Positions 31,818 to 41,729 of a DNA stretch of 64,000 nucleotides are shown one piece after another. Numbering within the stretch: position 1 is the first letter of the stretch; the number at the start of each line of letters is the position of its first letter. The DNA lies in contig JAJZJV010000001.1 of the NCBI GenBank assembly GCA_021809925.1, positions 14,138 to 78,137 of the forward strand, given 5' to 3'. The notes under the pieces are model-generated. The model did no database searches, was not told where the DNA came from, and worked only from the letters and a program-made list of their open reading frames with translations. The position numbers were made by a program, and so were the translations under genes. Source of the stretch: Candidatus Micrarchaeota archaeon (lineage in GTDB: Archaea; Micrarchaeota; Micrarchaeia; Micrarchaeales; CABMGC01).

Positions 31818-33068
31818 TTAGAACTCGAATTCGAGTCTATCTCCCACTTCTGGGGCGAAAGCCTCAAATCCCTCTTCCTTTAACTCTGTGGCAATACTGG
31901 TGCTGTTCTCAGCATCACCATGTACGCAGATAACTTTCTCAGGATTACTCTTCCTGACATATTCCAATATATCATCTCTGCCCGCGTGGGCTGAAAAATC
32001 ATACTTTAAAACCGGGTAAGGTATCCTATGTATATTCTCGTCTATCTCTACTTTTCCTTCTTCAAGAATCATTCTTCCATTAGTTGCCTCAGCCTGGTAT
32101 CCTGTCAAAAATATCTTCGAATTCTTTCTCAGTTTTGTTATGTAATTTAGCACAGGCCCACCGTTTAGCATGCCTGCAGGAGTCAATATTATGTTCCCGC
32201 CATCAAGCGCACCAATCCTGTCACGTCGGTCTTTCACTCTCTGTATATTCTTCACAGCATCCTTCAGTAACTCAACGTTATTAAGGTATTTATAAAATTC
32301 TAGAGTTATATCCGTCGCTTTCCTTGCCATGCCATCCATGTAAACTTTGTCCGAAAGGCCATTTTTATGCAGCATTGCTAGGACTTCCTGCGCTCTTCCT
32401 ACTGCGAAGACCGGAACGAGGGCCGTACCTTTATTATCTACAACTTCTCTTACTTCCTCAACAAATCTCTTTATTGCTGACTTTCTATCTTCATGGTTTC
32501 TGTTTGCATATGTTGTCTCTATCATAAGAATATCGCTCTCCACTATCTCAGCACTTCTTTGAAGAAGCTGCTCCTCGATTTTGAAGTCGCCAGTGTATAC
32601 CAGTTTCCTACCAGAGCTCGATTTCTCTATTTTGGTTACTGCGCTGCCGCACATGTGTCCTGCATCATAAAATGTGATATCATACTCTCCAAAACCTACA
32701 GGAGCCCCATAATCGTATGGCACATACCTCCTCAAAAAGAACCCAAGCTCCCTTTTGGTAAATTTTGGAGGAAGGTGTTCCTTTATGCCAATCTTTATAG
32801 AGTCTTCCAGAAGCAATTCCGCGAGCCTAAGTGATGGTTCGGTCCCAAATGCTATTGGAAATGCGTGCCTATACAATTCTGGTGCAAATCCGCAATGATC
32901 AAGATGCGCATGGCTAAGTATGAACGCATCAACCTTTCCCACACTTATTGGGTACTCTATCTTCCTTCCTACCTTTACTCCATAGTCGAGCAGAAAGTTT
33001 TTGCTGCCTTTCACATAAAAGGAAGACCTGCCGACTTCTCTGGCTCCTCCTAAAAATTGAATTTCCAC
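31818..33068 (-). CDS. Beta-CASP metallo-beta-lactamase RNase (aCPSF2-like)
   Basis: GGAREVGRS, SHAHLDH, AGH, TGD, FSAH, VHGD. Confidence 0.92.
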   Translation of the reverse strand: MEIQFLGGAREVGRSSFYVKGSKNFLLDYGVKVGRKIEYPISVGKVDAFILSHAHLDHCGFAPELYRHAFPIAFGTEPSLRLAELLLEDSIKIGIKEHLPPKFTKRELGFFLRRYVPYDYGAPVGFGEYDITFYDAGHMCGSAVTKIEKSSSGRKLVYTGDFKIEEQLLQRSAEIVESDILMIETTYANRNHEDRKSAIKRFVEEVREVVDNKGTALVPVFAVGRAQEVLAMLHKNGLSDKVYMDGMARKATDITLEFYKYLNNVELLKDAVKNIQRVKDRRDRIGALDGGNIILTPAGMLNGGPVLNYITKLRKNSKIFLTGYQAEATNGRMILEEGKVEIDENIHRIPYPVLKYDFSAHAGRDDILEYVRKSNPEKVICVHGDAENSTSIATELKEEGFEAFAPEVGDRLEFEF

Positions 33069-33212
33069 AAAATCACTGTAGCTTGTCTGACAAGAGAAAG
33101 AAAACTTACTATTGCAGAAGCTAATACTATAACCTATGTTATAATATAAAATACTACAGGTTCAGCTCACAATACTCTTTTTATTTATTGCCTTAGTATA
33201 ATAATAGATTGT

Positions 33213-33896
33213 ATGACAACTGACGAATTAAATTTCATGGATCTCGCATGTTTAATCAAGATCACGCCAAGTACAGTAATAGAAAAGCTCGGCAGCGCCA
33301 TGAATGCGAGCATATTCGACGCATCAAACATCGCGGGGGCGCTGAAGCAGAAAGGAATGATAGAGTTCACTGCTTATTATCCTGGTCCAAACACAATAAC
33401 CATAACCGAGGCCGGACAAAACCTTCTGAGCGAAGCAGAAGCAAAGTCAAAAGAAGAATTTGACAAACTTGACGAGAATATACTTGTGCATCTTGCTGAC
33501 GGCAACAGGCTGCCTGCAGAGTTGCAGAATGTCCTCGGGCTCCGCCCGAAGGATCTCGCACTGCGACTCTTCAAGCTTAATAGCCAGGGATTCATTACTT
33601 ATGAGTTGAAAAATGGAGGTGTTTTTCTCTTGCTCACAGAGAAAGGCTATCTGAAAGCCAACTCAGCTGGAGCGTCACGGATGCTGATGCAAGACCGCAA
33701 GCCTGAGGTAAAAGCGATAGGTACTGAGGGGCAGGCAACACCGCATCCAGAAGCAGAGACGCAGGATATCCTCAACGATATATCGCAACTCTCAAGAGTA
33801 AGAAGGTCGAGGAAGGCATTTGTTGTTGCTCTTGGACTACTCCTTTTCATAATTGCAATCCTGTTTTTAATCCTTCACTTCTACCATATACTTTGA
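33213..33896 (+). CDS. Tandem winged-helix protein with C-terminal TM anchor
   Basis: Two wHTH-like repeats (ITEAG, LTEKG) and a terminal hydrophobic helix. Confidence 0.6.
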   Translation: MTTDELNFMDLACLIKITPSTVIEKLGSAMNASIFDASNIAGALKQKGMIEFTAYYPGPNTITITEAGQNLLSEAEAKSKEEFDKLDENILVHLADGNRLPAELQNVLGLRPKDLALRLFKLNSQGFITYELKNGGVFLLLTEKGYLKANSAGASRMLMQDRKPEVKAIGTEGQATPHPEAETQDILNDISQLSRVRRSRKAFVVALGLLLFIIAILFLILHFYHIL

Positions 33897-33908
33897 TGGG
33901 TCGGGTAA

Positions 33909-34532
33909 ATGGGATTGCTTGAATATTCAAAGGCAAAATCGATTCTGGATAAATATAAGATAAAGAGCATAGAGGGCGAATATGTAACAAGCGCAGAAGA
34001 AGCTGCAAGATTCGCAAAATCCGGTCCAATAGTGCTAAAAGTATTGTCTGGAAAAGCATTGCACAAATCAAAGTCTGGGCTTGTAACACTCGGACTCTCT
34101 GGCGAGAGCGAGATAACTGCAGCATTCAATGCGCTTCAATCCAAAGCCTTAAAGCTGAATCTGGCTCCATATAATATCATCGCGCAGAAGATGGCTCCTT
34201 CTGGAATAGAGATAATAATAGGGGGAAGGACAGATCCCCAGTTCGGAAAGTTGCTTCTCATCGGCCTCGGAGGAATATATGTTGAGGCGTTCAGGGACTT
34301 TGCACTAAGAGTATGTCCGATAACAAGGCGCGATGCAGAAGAGATGCTCGCCCAGCTGAAATCAGCAGAAGTAATAACGCAGCATGGCACCTCCACAGAC
34401 ATGATCTGCGATCTCCTGCTGAAAACATCAAGTCTACTTACCAAAGAAAAGAACATCTCTGAGCTGGATCTCAATCCGGTGATAATACACCACAGCGGTT
34501 ACGACATTGTCGATATCCGCGTGTTAGAATAA
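33909..34532 (+). CDS. acdB: ADP-forming acyl-CoA synthetase beta subunit
   Basis: HKS, DPQFG, GLGGIYVE, ELDLNP, VDIR. Confidence 0.92.
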   Translation: MGLLEYSKAKSILDKYKIKSIEGEYVTSAEEAARFAKSGPIVLKVLSGKALHKSKSGLVTLGLSGESEITAAFNALQSKALKLNLAPYNIIAQKMAPSGIEIIIGGRTDPQFGKLLLIGLGGIYVEAFRDFALRVCPITRRDAEEMLAQLKSAEVITQHGTSTDMICDLLLKTSSLLTKEKNISELDLNPVIIHHSGYDIVDIRVLE

Positions 34533-34541
34533 GGTGTACAA

Positions 34542-35936
34542 ATGAAAACCTTAAACCTCGAACCCATGCTAAAACCCAAGAGCGTTGCCATAATAGGTGC
34601 ATCGAAGGACCCAGAAAAGGTGGGCCATGTCATACTGGAGAATTACATAAATGCAGGGTATGGTGGAAGTTTATATGCTATCAACAAGAACGCGGCCCCA
34701 AACGAGGAGATGCTTGGGGTTAAGGTGCTACGGAAGATAGGCGAGATCCGTGAGCGCATCGACCTTGCAGTTATTGCTGTTCCAGCTCCGATAGTCCCCA
34801 CTGTCCTTGAGGAATGTGGCAAAGCTAAGGTCCGAACAGCGGTTGTCGTAAGCGGTGGATTTGCGGAGATTGGTGAAACAGAGCTTCAGGATAAGCTCGC
34901 GTCCATAGCCAGAAAATATAATATGCCAACACTTGGGCCAAACTGCTTGGGCGTCATGGATCCAAGATCAAGGATAGATACTTTATTTCTTCCTACATAT
35001 AAGCTTAGCAGGCCACAGGTTGGAAACGTGAGTTTTGTATCTCAAAGCGGAGCAGTGGGAAGCACGATCCTCGATCTAATCTCTGGAGAGGGTTTCGGTC
35101 TCTCCAAATTCATTTCCTACGGGAATGCTGCCCACGTGGACGAAGTCGACATACTAAATTACCTGATGGAAGACGGCGAGACAAAAGTGATCGTCATGTA
35201 TCTTGAGGGAATAAAGCGCGGAAAGGAGTTCATAGAGGTCGCAAAGAAGGTCACGAAGAAAAAGCCTGTGATAGTGCTTAAGGCTGGGAGAACTTCTGAA
35301 GGGATGGCGGCTGCACATTCCCACACCGCCGCCCTGGCAGGAAATTACGAAGCATACGAAGCTGTATTCAGGCAATTTGGTTTCGTAATAAGCGAAGACA
35401 TAAGCGAGCTTCTGCATTACGCCAAAATCTTCTCCACAGAGCCACCCCCGCTTGGCAATAAGATAGCAATAATTACAAATGGCGGAGGAGCCGGCGTTCT
35501 TACAACCGACGCAATATCTGCATCAAAAGAACTCGTATTGGGTGAGTTCTCAAAAGATACTATACTAGCGCTCGGAAAAACGATGCCAAAGCTAGTGAAT
35601 GTGAGGAATCCATTAGACCTTGCAGGTGATGCCGACTACAAGCGTTATGGCACAGCACTCGACCTGATAAGCAAAGACCCTAACATAGATATACTCATAG
35701 TAATAGCTCTATTCCAGACTCCAGGGGCTGACTCAAAGACTGCTGCAGCGCTTATCCACTTCAAGCAATCTTCAGGAAAGCCGATGGCCGTATTAAGCAT
35801 AGGTGCGAGCTACACAGAGATGCACAAGATAATGATGGAGAGTTCAGGGCTTCCTGTTTACGACTCTCCCAAAGCCATAGCTTCTTCTCTACTTAAACTC
35901 CGCGAATACTATCAATACAAAAACAGGAAGGACTAA
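34542..35936 (+). CDS. acdA: ADP-forming acyl-CoA synthetase alpha subunit
   Basis: PKSVAIIGAS, GPNCLG, SQSG, SHTAALAG, NPLDL. Confidence 0.95.
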   Translation: MKTLNLEPMLKPKSVAIIGASKDPEKVGHVILENYINAGYGGSLYAINKNAAPNEEMLGVKVLRKIGEIRERIDLAVIAVPAPIVPTVLEECGKAKVRTAVVVSGGFAEIGETELQDKLASIARKYNMPTLGPNCLGVMDPRSRIDTLFLPTYKLSRPQVGNVSFVSQSGAVGSTILDLISGEGFGLSKFISYGNAAHVDEVDILNYLMEDGETKVIVMYLEGIKRGKEFIEVAKKVTKKKPVIVLKAGRTSEGMAAAHSHTAALAGNYEAYEAVFRQFGFVISEDISELLHYAKIFSTEPPPLGNKIAIITNGGGAGVLTTDAISASKELVLGEFSKDTILALGKTMPKLVNVRNPLDLAGDADYKRYGTALDLISKDPNIDILIVIALFQTPGADSKTAAALIHFKQSSGKPMAVLSIGASYTEMHKIMMESSGLPVYDSPKAIASSLLKLREYYQYKNRKD

Positions 35937-37150
35937 GCTCTCTCTTTCTTATACAACAGCAGGTCAAGCGCACTCTTCACCGCCTTCTCCTTGTTGCTCT
36001 CTTCAGCCAACAAATCAAAAAGCTCCCTCGGATTTGCTTCAAGCTCGTATTTTTTCTCGGCAAGTTTTTCTACGAATACTGACAACCCAAAATCTTTTAT
36101 TGAGAGATTCTCCAATGTCCCGCTCCTAAGGGACGCTATATCAACATCCTTCTGCTCGCTCTCGACCTTTCCCTTTCCTATCTCTATTATTGCCTTATCT
36201 TTAAACTCCTTTATTGCAGATTGGACATCAATATCGATGCCTTTGAAACCGTCCATCAGCCTACCTGCAAGCTCTACGCGTATTATTGGCTTATCCTCGC
36301 TTTCTTTGGCTATCTCCGAAGAGATTCCCCTCTCTATCCTTTCGGCAATTTTTTCGGGTTCAAGCCCGTCTACCTCTATCTTAACAAGCTTGAATCTCCT
36401 AGACCTTATTTCCTTAAACAGATACTCCTTTGTTGCTGTATCAAATATAAAAAAGCCCTTAGCTTCCTGCTCTCCCTCCTTCAACTGCGTCAGAACAGTG
36501 CTTCCTGGTATCAAGAAGGGCTTTCCATGCGCCTTCATCTCGACTTTATTGTGTATATGCCCGTCAATATAAAGATCAAATCCTACGGGGAGGTCATCCA
36601 AGGTTATGAAATCGCTGCTGAACGGGAGCAACTCGTGCACAGATTGGTGGAATATGAATACATTGAACATCCCTGGTTCTGGATGAAGGTCAGCGTTTTT
36701 CAACGCCTCCTTGAATCGCTCTTCAGCTATGCCGCCGAGCCCGAATATGCAGATATGTTCTCCGTTTTTCTCTACAAACACTCTTCCATCGCTGATATCC
36801 ACCAAGAGTCCAGCAAGTGCAAGCAGATCAACAGGATCCTCAACACCATACGCTCTCCTCTCGTGCGTACCTGGTATAGCTATTATCGGGAGCTCTGTGA
36901 AATTCTTTCCACTTCCATCAAATCTCGTAACCTTGGCGTTCCACTTCCTATCTGAAAGATCTCTAAATATGTTTATAGCTTCGGCAAGCACTTCAGGCTT
37001 TGGGTTCCGCATATCAAAGATATCTCCTGGCATTACCAGGACATCTGCCTCTCTCGCTGCTGCGTCTAGTGCTTCCTTGGCCTGGATGTATGCATCTTCT
37101 CTGAAACGCTCATAGCCGAGATGAAAATCCGAGAGTATTGCAAGCTTCAT
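35933..37150 (-). CDS. mre11: Mre11/SbcD nuclease
   Basis: SDFHLG, GDIFD, PGTHE, FHQ, GHIH, PGS. Confidence 0.88.
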   Translation of the reverse strand: MKLAILSDFHLGYERFREDAYIQAKEALDAAAREADVLVMPGDIFDMRNPKPEVLAEAINIFRDLSDRKWNAKVTRFDGSGKNFTELPIIAIPGTHERRAYGVEDPVDLLALAGLLVDISDGRVFVEKNGEHICIFGLGGIAEERFKEALKNADLHPEPGMFNVFIFHQSVHELLPFSSDFITLDDLPVGFDLYIDGHIHNKVEMKAHGKPFLIPGSTVLTQLKEGEQEAKGFFIFDTATKEYLFKEIRSRRFKLVKIEVDGLEPEKIAERIERGISSEIAKESEDKPIIRVELAGRLMDGFKGIDIDVQSAIKEFKDKAIIEIGKGKVESEQKDVDIASLRSGTLENLSIKDFGLSVFVEKLAEKKYELEANPRELFDLLAEESNKEKAVKSALDLLLYKKERA

Positions 37151-37161
37151 CGTATTCAGCC

Positions 37162-38094
37162 TCATGGTATTGTATAATCTGTGGTCCACTGGTTTGAATA
37201 GCCGACATCGCCTGTAGGAAATCCATTCAGCTTATTTCCCGAGTAATCTTGCGTATTCCCATTAAGCGGCCACCATCCTGCAAGAGCCTGGAGATTTATC
37301 GGAGCCCCTCCAATTCCCTCTAAGTAAAGCTGCTGCAGGCCGCTAGGACTCAATGCAGTATTGTATATCTGGACATCTGCTATGCTGCCGTTCATGAATT
37401 GATTCCCGTAAAGGCCATATCCAATCGTCACGTTCTGGTTCTCTAAAGTGTACGTTGGGCTTCCTCCAATACTCATAAGGGCCCCTCCGACAAGCACTGG
37501 TGTTGTGTTCCCATCGAGATAAACGCTCTCCTGCGCATATGGCTTTGTAGCATTTGTAATCACAATACTGACGAAATACCATTTGTTTGTTTGGATCGGA
37601 GCGTTGTTGTATGATGTGCAGTTGCATACGCTTTTGCTAAGTACACGAAGACCCGAGCCACCCATTCCACCATATTCATAGTAGCAAAGGAAAAAACTTG
37701 AGGTACCGCAAACTGCAATGTTCCAATCTCCATTTTTCACAACAATAAAATTAAAGAAATCCCTACTGGGTCCACGTATGTCTGCCCATGCTGTGACTGT
37801 GAGGTTACCTGATGTAAGCAGGCTGTTTGGATGAATATCTACCCAACTGTTAAGTCCATTGAATGTGGCAACAAATCTTGGATTCACATTGCAAAGACCC
37901 TGCCTTGAGAGGAACTCTGTAGATCCTGGCCCCCGCGGCCTGACTATTACGCAACTACCTCCAGAAGCTCCTGGAGAGAGACCTCCTTTGTTAAATATCC
38001 CAATGTAAAAAAGCACACCCGCAACAATTATTATTATGAATATGGCCCATGAGTAAGTCGCAAGATACTCCATTGCACTCTGCGCTTTTTCCAT
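37162..38094 (-). CDS. Class III signal peptide (pilin-like) LamG-domain surface protein
   Basis: KAQSAMEY prepilin motif; NGSIADVQIYNTALS and GWWPLNGNTQDYSG LamG signature. Confidence 0.88.
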   Translation of the reverse strand: MEKAQSAMEYLATYSWAIFIIIIVAGVLFYIGIFNKGGLSPGASGGSCVIVRPRGPGSTEFLSRQGLCNVNPRFVATFNGLNSWVDIHPNSLLTSGNLTVTAWADIRGPSRDFFNFIVVKNGDWNIAVCGTSSFFLCYYEYGGMGGSGLRVLSKSVCNCTSYNNAPIQTNKWYFVSIVITNATKPYAQESVYLDGNTTPVLVGGALMSIGGSPTYTLENQNVTIGYGLYGNQFMNGSIADVQIYNTALSPSGLQQLYLEGIGGAPINLQALAGWWPLNGNTQDYSGNKLNGFPTGDVGYSNQWTTDYTIP

Positions 38095-38142
38095 GATATC
38101 CCATTAATAAACAATGTCAAAACATTTAAGATGGTTTAGAAC

Positions 38143-39369
38143 TTATGCTTGGCTCTCATCCTTTCCTCCAGCTTCGCTTTCTCTAAAGAGGCTCTTCTCT
38201 ATCGTCTGCTTTATCTTGTCTGGTGGATATGCCAATTTAATCAGCTTAGTATGTCCCCTTATCCCTCTGCCAGATTCGTAGCTTATTATAAGGCCTTGCA
38301 TCTCCAGGTCTGTAATATATTTTCGGTACCATCTCTGGCTTTTAGCTTCTTTATGCATTGACTCAAGTATATCAACATATCTATTGTATATCTCCCCGCT
38401 GAATATGTATGTATCGCTTCCCTCAACAAGTCTCTTATATTTGCTCCCCTGCACTGACAAAAGCGCTATCGCATACACTATGAATTTCTGGTGCTCTGGC
38501 AATGTGTTTACCATCTCATATGCGACCTCCTCCTCAGCAGACCGCGAAGCCTCTACTATCTGGTTAACAGAGATTGCCTTCAGTCCACTCTCTTCGCTTA
38601 TCTCTCCAGCTTTTGAGAGTATCCTCAGGGCAAGCCTGGCATCACCACTCTCCTTTGCCGCTATTCCTGCAGCAAGGTTTATTGCTGATTGGTCTATAAC
38701 ATCTTTTTTGAATCCCGTTTCAGCGCGATCTTTCATTATTGATGCAAGCTCCATAGAATTATATGGCGGGAACACAAGCTCATTCTCATACAGTGTTGAG
38801 AGGCTTCTCGGATCAAGGCTCTCCTTGAAGGATATCTTGTTGGATATGCCAACTAGGGTTATGCTTCCTGACTTGATATCGCTATTTGCCCTAGTCAAAG
38901 TGTATATCAGATCATCAAGGTCCCTAACAATGTCTATCTCGTCAAGAACTACCACAAGTATCTTGTTGTCTTCCTCAATCCAGTTGATTATCTTCTCATA
39001 AATGTCTACTATGCCATATCCTCTCTTTGCATACATTGGCAGATGATCTCCGACAATTTTGCTCAGAACCCTGTACCTGGAGTTGTAAATCCTGCAATTT
39101 ATATACGAGATCTTTGAACGAATGTTCGGTATCTCCCGTATCTTGTCCATGACATGCTTCATACAGGAGGTCTTTCCCGTCCCTGTCTTCCCATATATAA
39201 ACAAGTTCCTTCCACGCTCTCCACGCAGCGAAGGCGTCAGACTCTTCACAATCTCTGATATCTGCTTATCTCTAAAAAGAAGGTGCTCTGGGATATAATG
39301 CGGAGAGAGAACCTCCCTATTCATAAATATCTCAGATTCCTTAAATAACTCCGCAAAAGGCTCTTCCAT
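38143..39369 (-). CDS. cdc6: Orc1/Cdc6 replication initiator
   Basis: LSPHYIP, YGKTGTGKT, LDEID, FPPYN, GDAR, C-terminal wHTH. Confidence 0.95.
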   Translation of the reverse strand: MEEPFAELFKESEIFMNREVLSPHYIPEHLLFRDKQISEIVKSLTPSLRGERGRNLFIYGKTGTGKTSCMKHVMDKIREIPNIRSKISYINCRIYNSRYRVLSKIVGDHLPMYAKRGYGIVDIYEKIINWIEEDNKILVVVLDEIDIVRDLDDLIYTLTRANSDIKSGSITLVGISNKISFKESLDPRSLSTLYENELVFPPYNSMELASIMKDRAETGFKKDVIDQSAINLAAGIAAKESGDARLALRILSKAGEISEESGLKAISVNQIVEASRSAEEEVAYEMVNTLPEHQKFIVYAIALLSVQGSKYKRLVEGSDTYIFSGEIYNRYVDILESMHKEAKSQRWYRKYITDLEMQGLIISYESGRGIRGHTKLIKLAYPPDKIKQTIEKSLFRESEAGGKDESQA

Positions 39370-39398
39370 AAAAATACCCCAGAAGAAAGAAGAGACAC

Positions 39399-40217
39399 TT
39401 ATTCTCTCTTACATAATTTCCTGGCTATATTTATATACTCTTCTTTGATGCTCTCATCTTCGACCAGTGGCACCTTGCCCTCGTCGCTCATCCTTGCTAT
39501 CTTATCATTCATCTTGATGCTGCCCAAAAGTTCGCATTCTAGCGACTTCGCTACCTCCACAGAGCCTCTAAGCTCACCAGTTGACATATTCTCCACAACA
39601 CCCAGGATGGAAACACCCATTCTTTTGGACATTCTTCCAGATTTTATTGCGTTTACCGCAGCAACATGTTGTGGTGTAGTCACGAGCAAAAACCCATCAA
39701 GTTCCAGAAGCTGCATTATGGATAGAGGGGCATCAGATGTGCCAGGTGGCAAGTCTATTATAAGATAGTCAAGCTCTCCCCAATTGGTATTCTCAAAAAA
39801 TTCACGTATCATCTTCGCTATTATCGGGCCTCTCCATATTATCGGCCTCCTGAGGTCATCAACAAAGACCGCAGTTGTAATGATCTTAACGCCATCCTTC
39901 TCAACAGGTTTTAGGGGATACTCTGCTGCCTGCAATCCCTCAATGCCTAAAAAGAGCGCAAGATTTGGGCAATCCACATCTGCATCCATAAGCCCAACCT
40001 TATAACCCATCTCCTTCAATGCAAAAGCCAGATTCACAGCAGTTGTCGTTTTTCCTACGCCACCTTTTGCGCTATAAACTCCTATCCGGTGCTTTATGCC
40101 GGATAGCCTCTTCTTAATATTTTCTCTCTGTTTTAATACATTAAGAATTGAAGGATGTTCTACTTTCACTGAGGCATTCCCAACATTGATATTGTCTCCT
40201 ATCTTGGGATTTTCCAT
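39399..40217 (-). CDS. Mrp/NBP35-family P-loop ATPase
   Basis: KGGVGKT, IWRGP, DLPPGTSD, VTTPQ, VENMS; start ATG 40217 with GGTGA RBS. Confidence 0.9.
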   Translation of the reverse strand: MENPKIGDNINVGNASVKVEHPSILNVLKQRENIKKRLSGIKHRIGVYSAKGGVGKTTTAVNLAFALKEMGYKVGLMDADVDCPNLALFLGIEGLQAAEYPLKPVEKDGVKIITTAVFVDDLRRPIIWRGPIIAKMIREFFENTNWGELDYLIIDLPPGTSDAPLSIMQLLELDGFLLVTTPQHVAAVNAIKSGRMSKRMGVSILGVVENMSTGELRGSVEVAKSLECELLGSIKMNDKIARMSDEGKVPLVEDESIKEEYINIARKLCKRE

Positions 40218-40236
40218 GATATCACCTGATCTCGAT

Positions 40237-41549
40237 AAGGAAGCCCACACGATTTATCGGTGGGAGGAATTGTCGAGCATTAGTATTATGTATCTTTCCA
40301 AACATATATGTTTGGTTAATAGTATGAAACGTGCTATTCTTTTGCAGATCGATGGGATTACTGCCAAGAAGGGCAAAATCCTCAAGGATTTCTCCTTGAA
40401 AGCGACTTCCGAATTTAATAGGCTTTGGGAAGACAGAGATTTCTGCAATACCTTCATGGATTTCCATAGGAAGACTTTTGTTGAATCCAAAAAGAGGACT
40501 GGATTCAATGTTCAGGTTTATGCCTGTCTGGAACGTGCAGTATGGAGAAGCAAGGGCAAGTCCAGTGCGGTTACCGTCAAATTCAACGTTCCTCGCAACT
40601 GCAAGACTTTTGATATGACAATGCCTTTCATTGAACTTGGAATTTATCCACGAAAGAGGATTGCCGTCCCCATAAAGAAAAACATGAATTTCCAACGATA
40701 CGCTGATCTCCTGAAGTCTGGATGGACATGCAAGACTTATGGGCTTACTTCCAATTTGCAGATTGTCGCTTATCTTTCCAAATACGAGGTTGAATTGCCT
40801 TTGAAGAAGAATATTCTCGGAGTTGATGTGAACAGCAAATGCTTTGCGGTTTCTGTTCTTTCCCCAGAAGGAAAGGTTTTGCATCAGGATTACTTCGGGA
40901 AGGATATTTGGGTTAAGAGAAAGAAGGTCTTTGAGGGGAAGGCTGTTCTGCAAAGTTACGTCGATACTGGAAGTTCTTATGCGAATAAGGCACTTAAGAG
41001 GACTAAACGAAATGAACACAACTTTGTCAAGAACCGAATAGGTGAAGTCGTGAGGAACATTACCGAAATGGCTCTGCGATATGATGCAGAAATTTCCATA
41101 GAGAACCTCAAAAGGTTCAGTCCAAAAGGAAAGATGTTTAATAGGGAGGTAATGAGAATCCCATTCTTTACTTTCAGGAAGAACCTCATGCAGAGGTGTT
41201 TTGACAAGAAGATTACGCTGAACATCGTTGATGCATGGCATACATCCAAGTTCTGTTCCCACTGCGGTGCTGTTGGGAAAGGACATGACAGTAGCAACTA
41301 TGCTCTGTTCAGATGCAAAGAATGTGGGGTTGTCGTGAACTCTGATAGAAAGGCAAGTCTCAATATTGCCATAAAATCCCTGTTGGAGCGGAGAGATACT
41401 ATTAACCATAATACTCTCCAGATTTCCAATAGGAGAGTCCCTGTAAACGGGCTTATTCGTCCAGATGCGGTTGTTGAACCGATTGTTGCCGTGCGACATG
41501 TTTCATCAACTTATGGAAAGCCCACAGGCTTTAGCCATGGGAAGTTTAC
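40237..41549 (+). mobile_element. IS200/IS605-family tnpB-only element (IS1341-like)
   Basis: End hairpins CCCAC-ACGATTTATCG-GTGGG and CCCAC-AGGCTTTAGCC-ATGGG; preceded by TCGAT; ends GTTTAC. Confidence 0.85.
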
Positions 41550-41571
41550 AAAAGACGCTATATTATCTTAG
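40324..41571 (+). CDS. tnpB: TnpB RNA-guided endonuclease
   Basis: RuvC GVDVN, IENL, NSDRKASLNI; TSKFCSHCG...FRCKECG zinc finger. Confidence 0.93.
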   Translation: MKRAILLQIDGITAKKGKILKDFSLKATSEFNRLWEDRDFCNTFMDFHRKTFVESKKRTGFNVQVYACLERAVWRSKGKSSAVTVKFNVPRNCKTFDMTMPFIELGIYPRKRIAVPIKKNMNFQRYADLLKSGWTCKTYGLTSNLQIVAYLSKYEVELPLKKNILGVDVNSKCFAVSVLSPEGKVLHQDYFGKDIWVKRKKVFEGKAVLQSYVDTGSSYANKALKRTKRNEHNFVKNRIGEVVRNITEMALRYDAEISIENLKRFSPKGKMFNREVMRIPFFTFRKNLMQRCFDKKITLNIVDAWHTSKFCSHCGAVGKGHDSSNYALFRCKECGVVVNSDRKASLNIAIKSLLERRDTINHNTLQISNRRVPVNGLIRPDAVVEPIVAVRHVSSTYGKPTGFSHGKFTKDAILS

Positions 41572-41729
41572 GATAAACCTATTTATAAGAGCGTCACGCA
41601 AACCATGGTTATTCCTACTATCCAGAGCCATAACTTAATTGCAAAGCGGGCATTGATGAAGCAAGTATTATAAATATAAATGTATAATCAATATCATTTA
41701 CATGTTTCTTATCTTATATAGGTGTAATT

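Noticed and set aside
35933..37150. mre11 without adjacent rad50 and with GTHE for GNHD
   Set aside because: rad50 may lie outside the window; the other metal ligands are intact
38095..39400. Replication origin beside cdc6
   Set aside because: Flanking gaps are under 50 bp and no ORB repeats are visible
40222..41499. 425-aa ORF antisense to tnpB
   Set aside because: Shadow ORF with no motifs; common opposite tnpB genes
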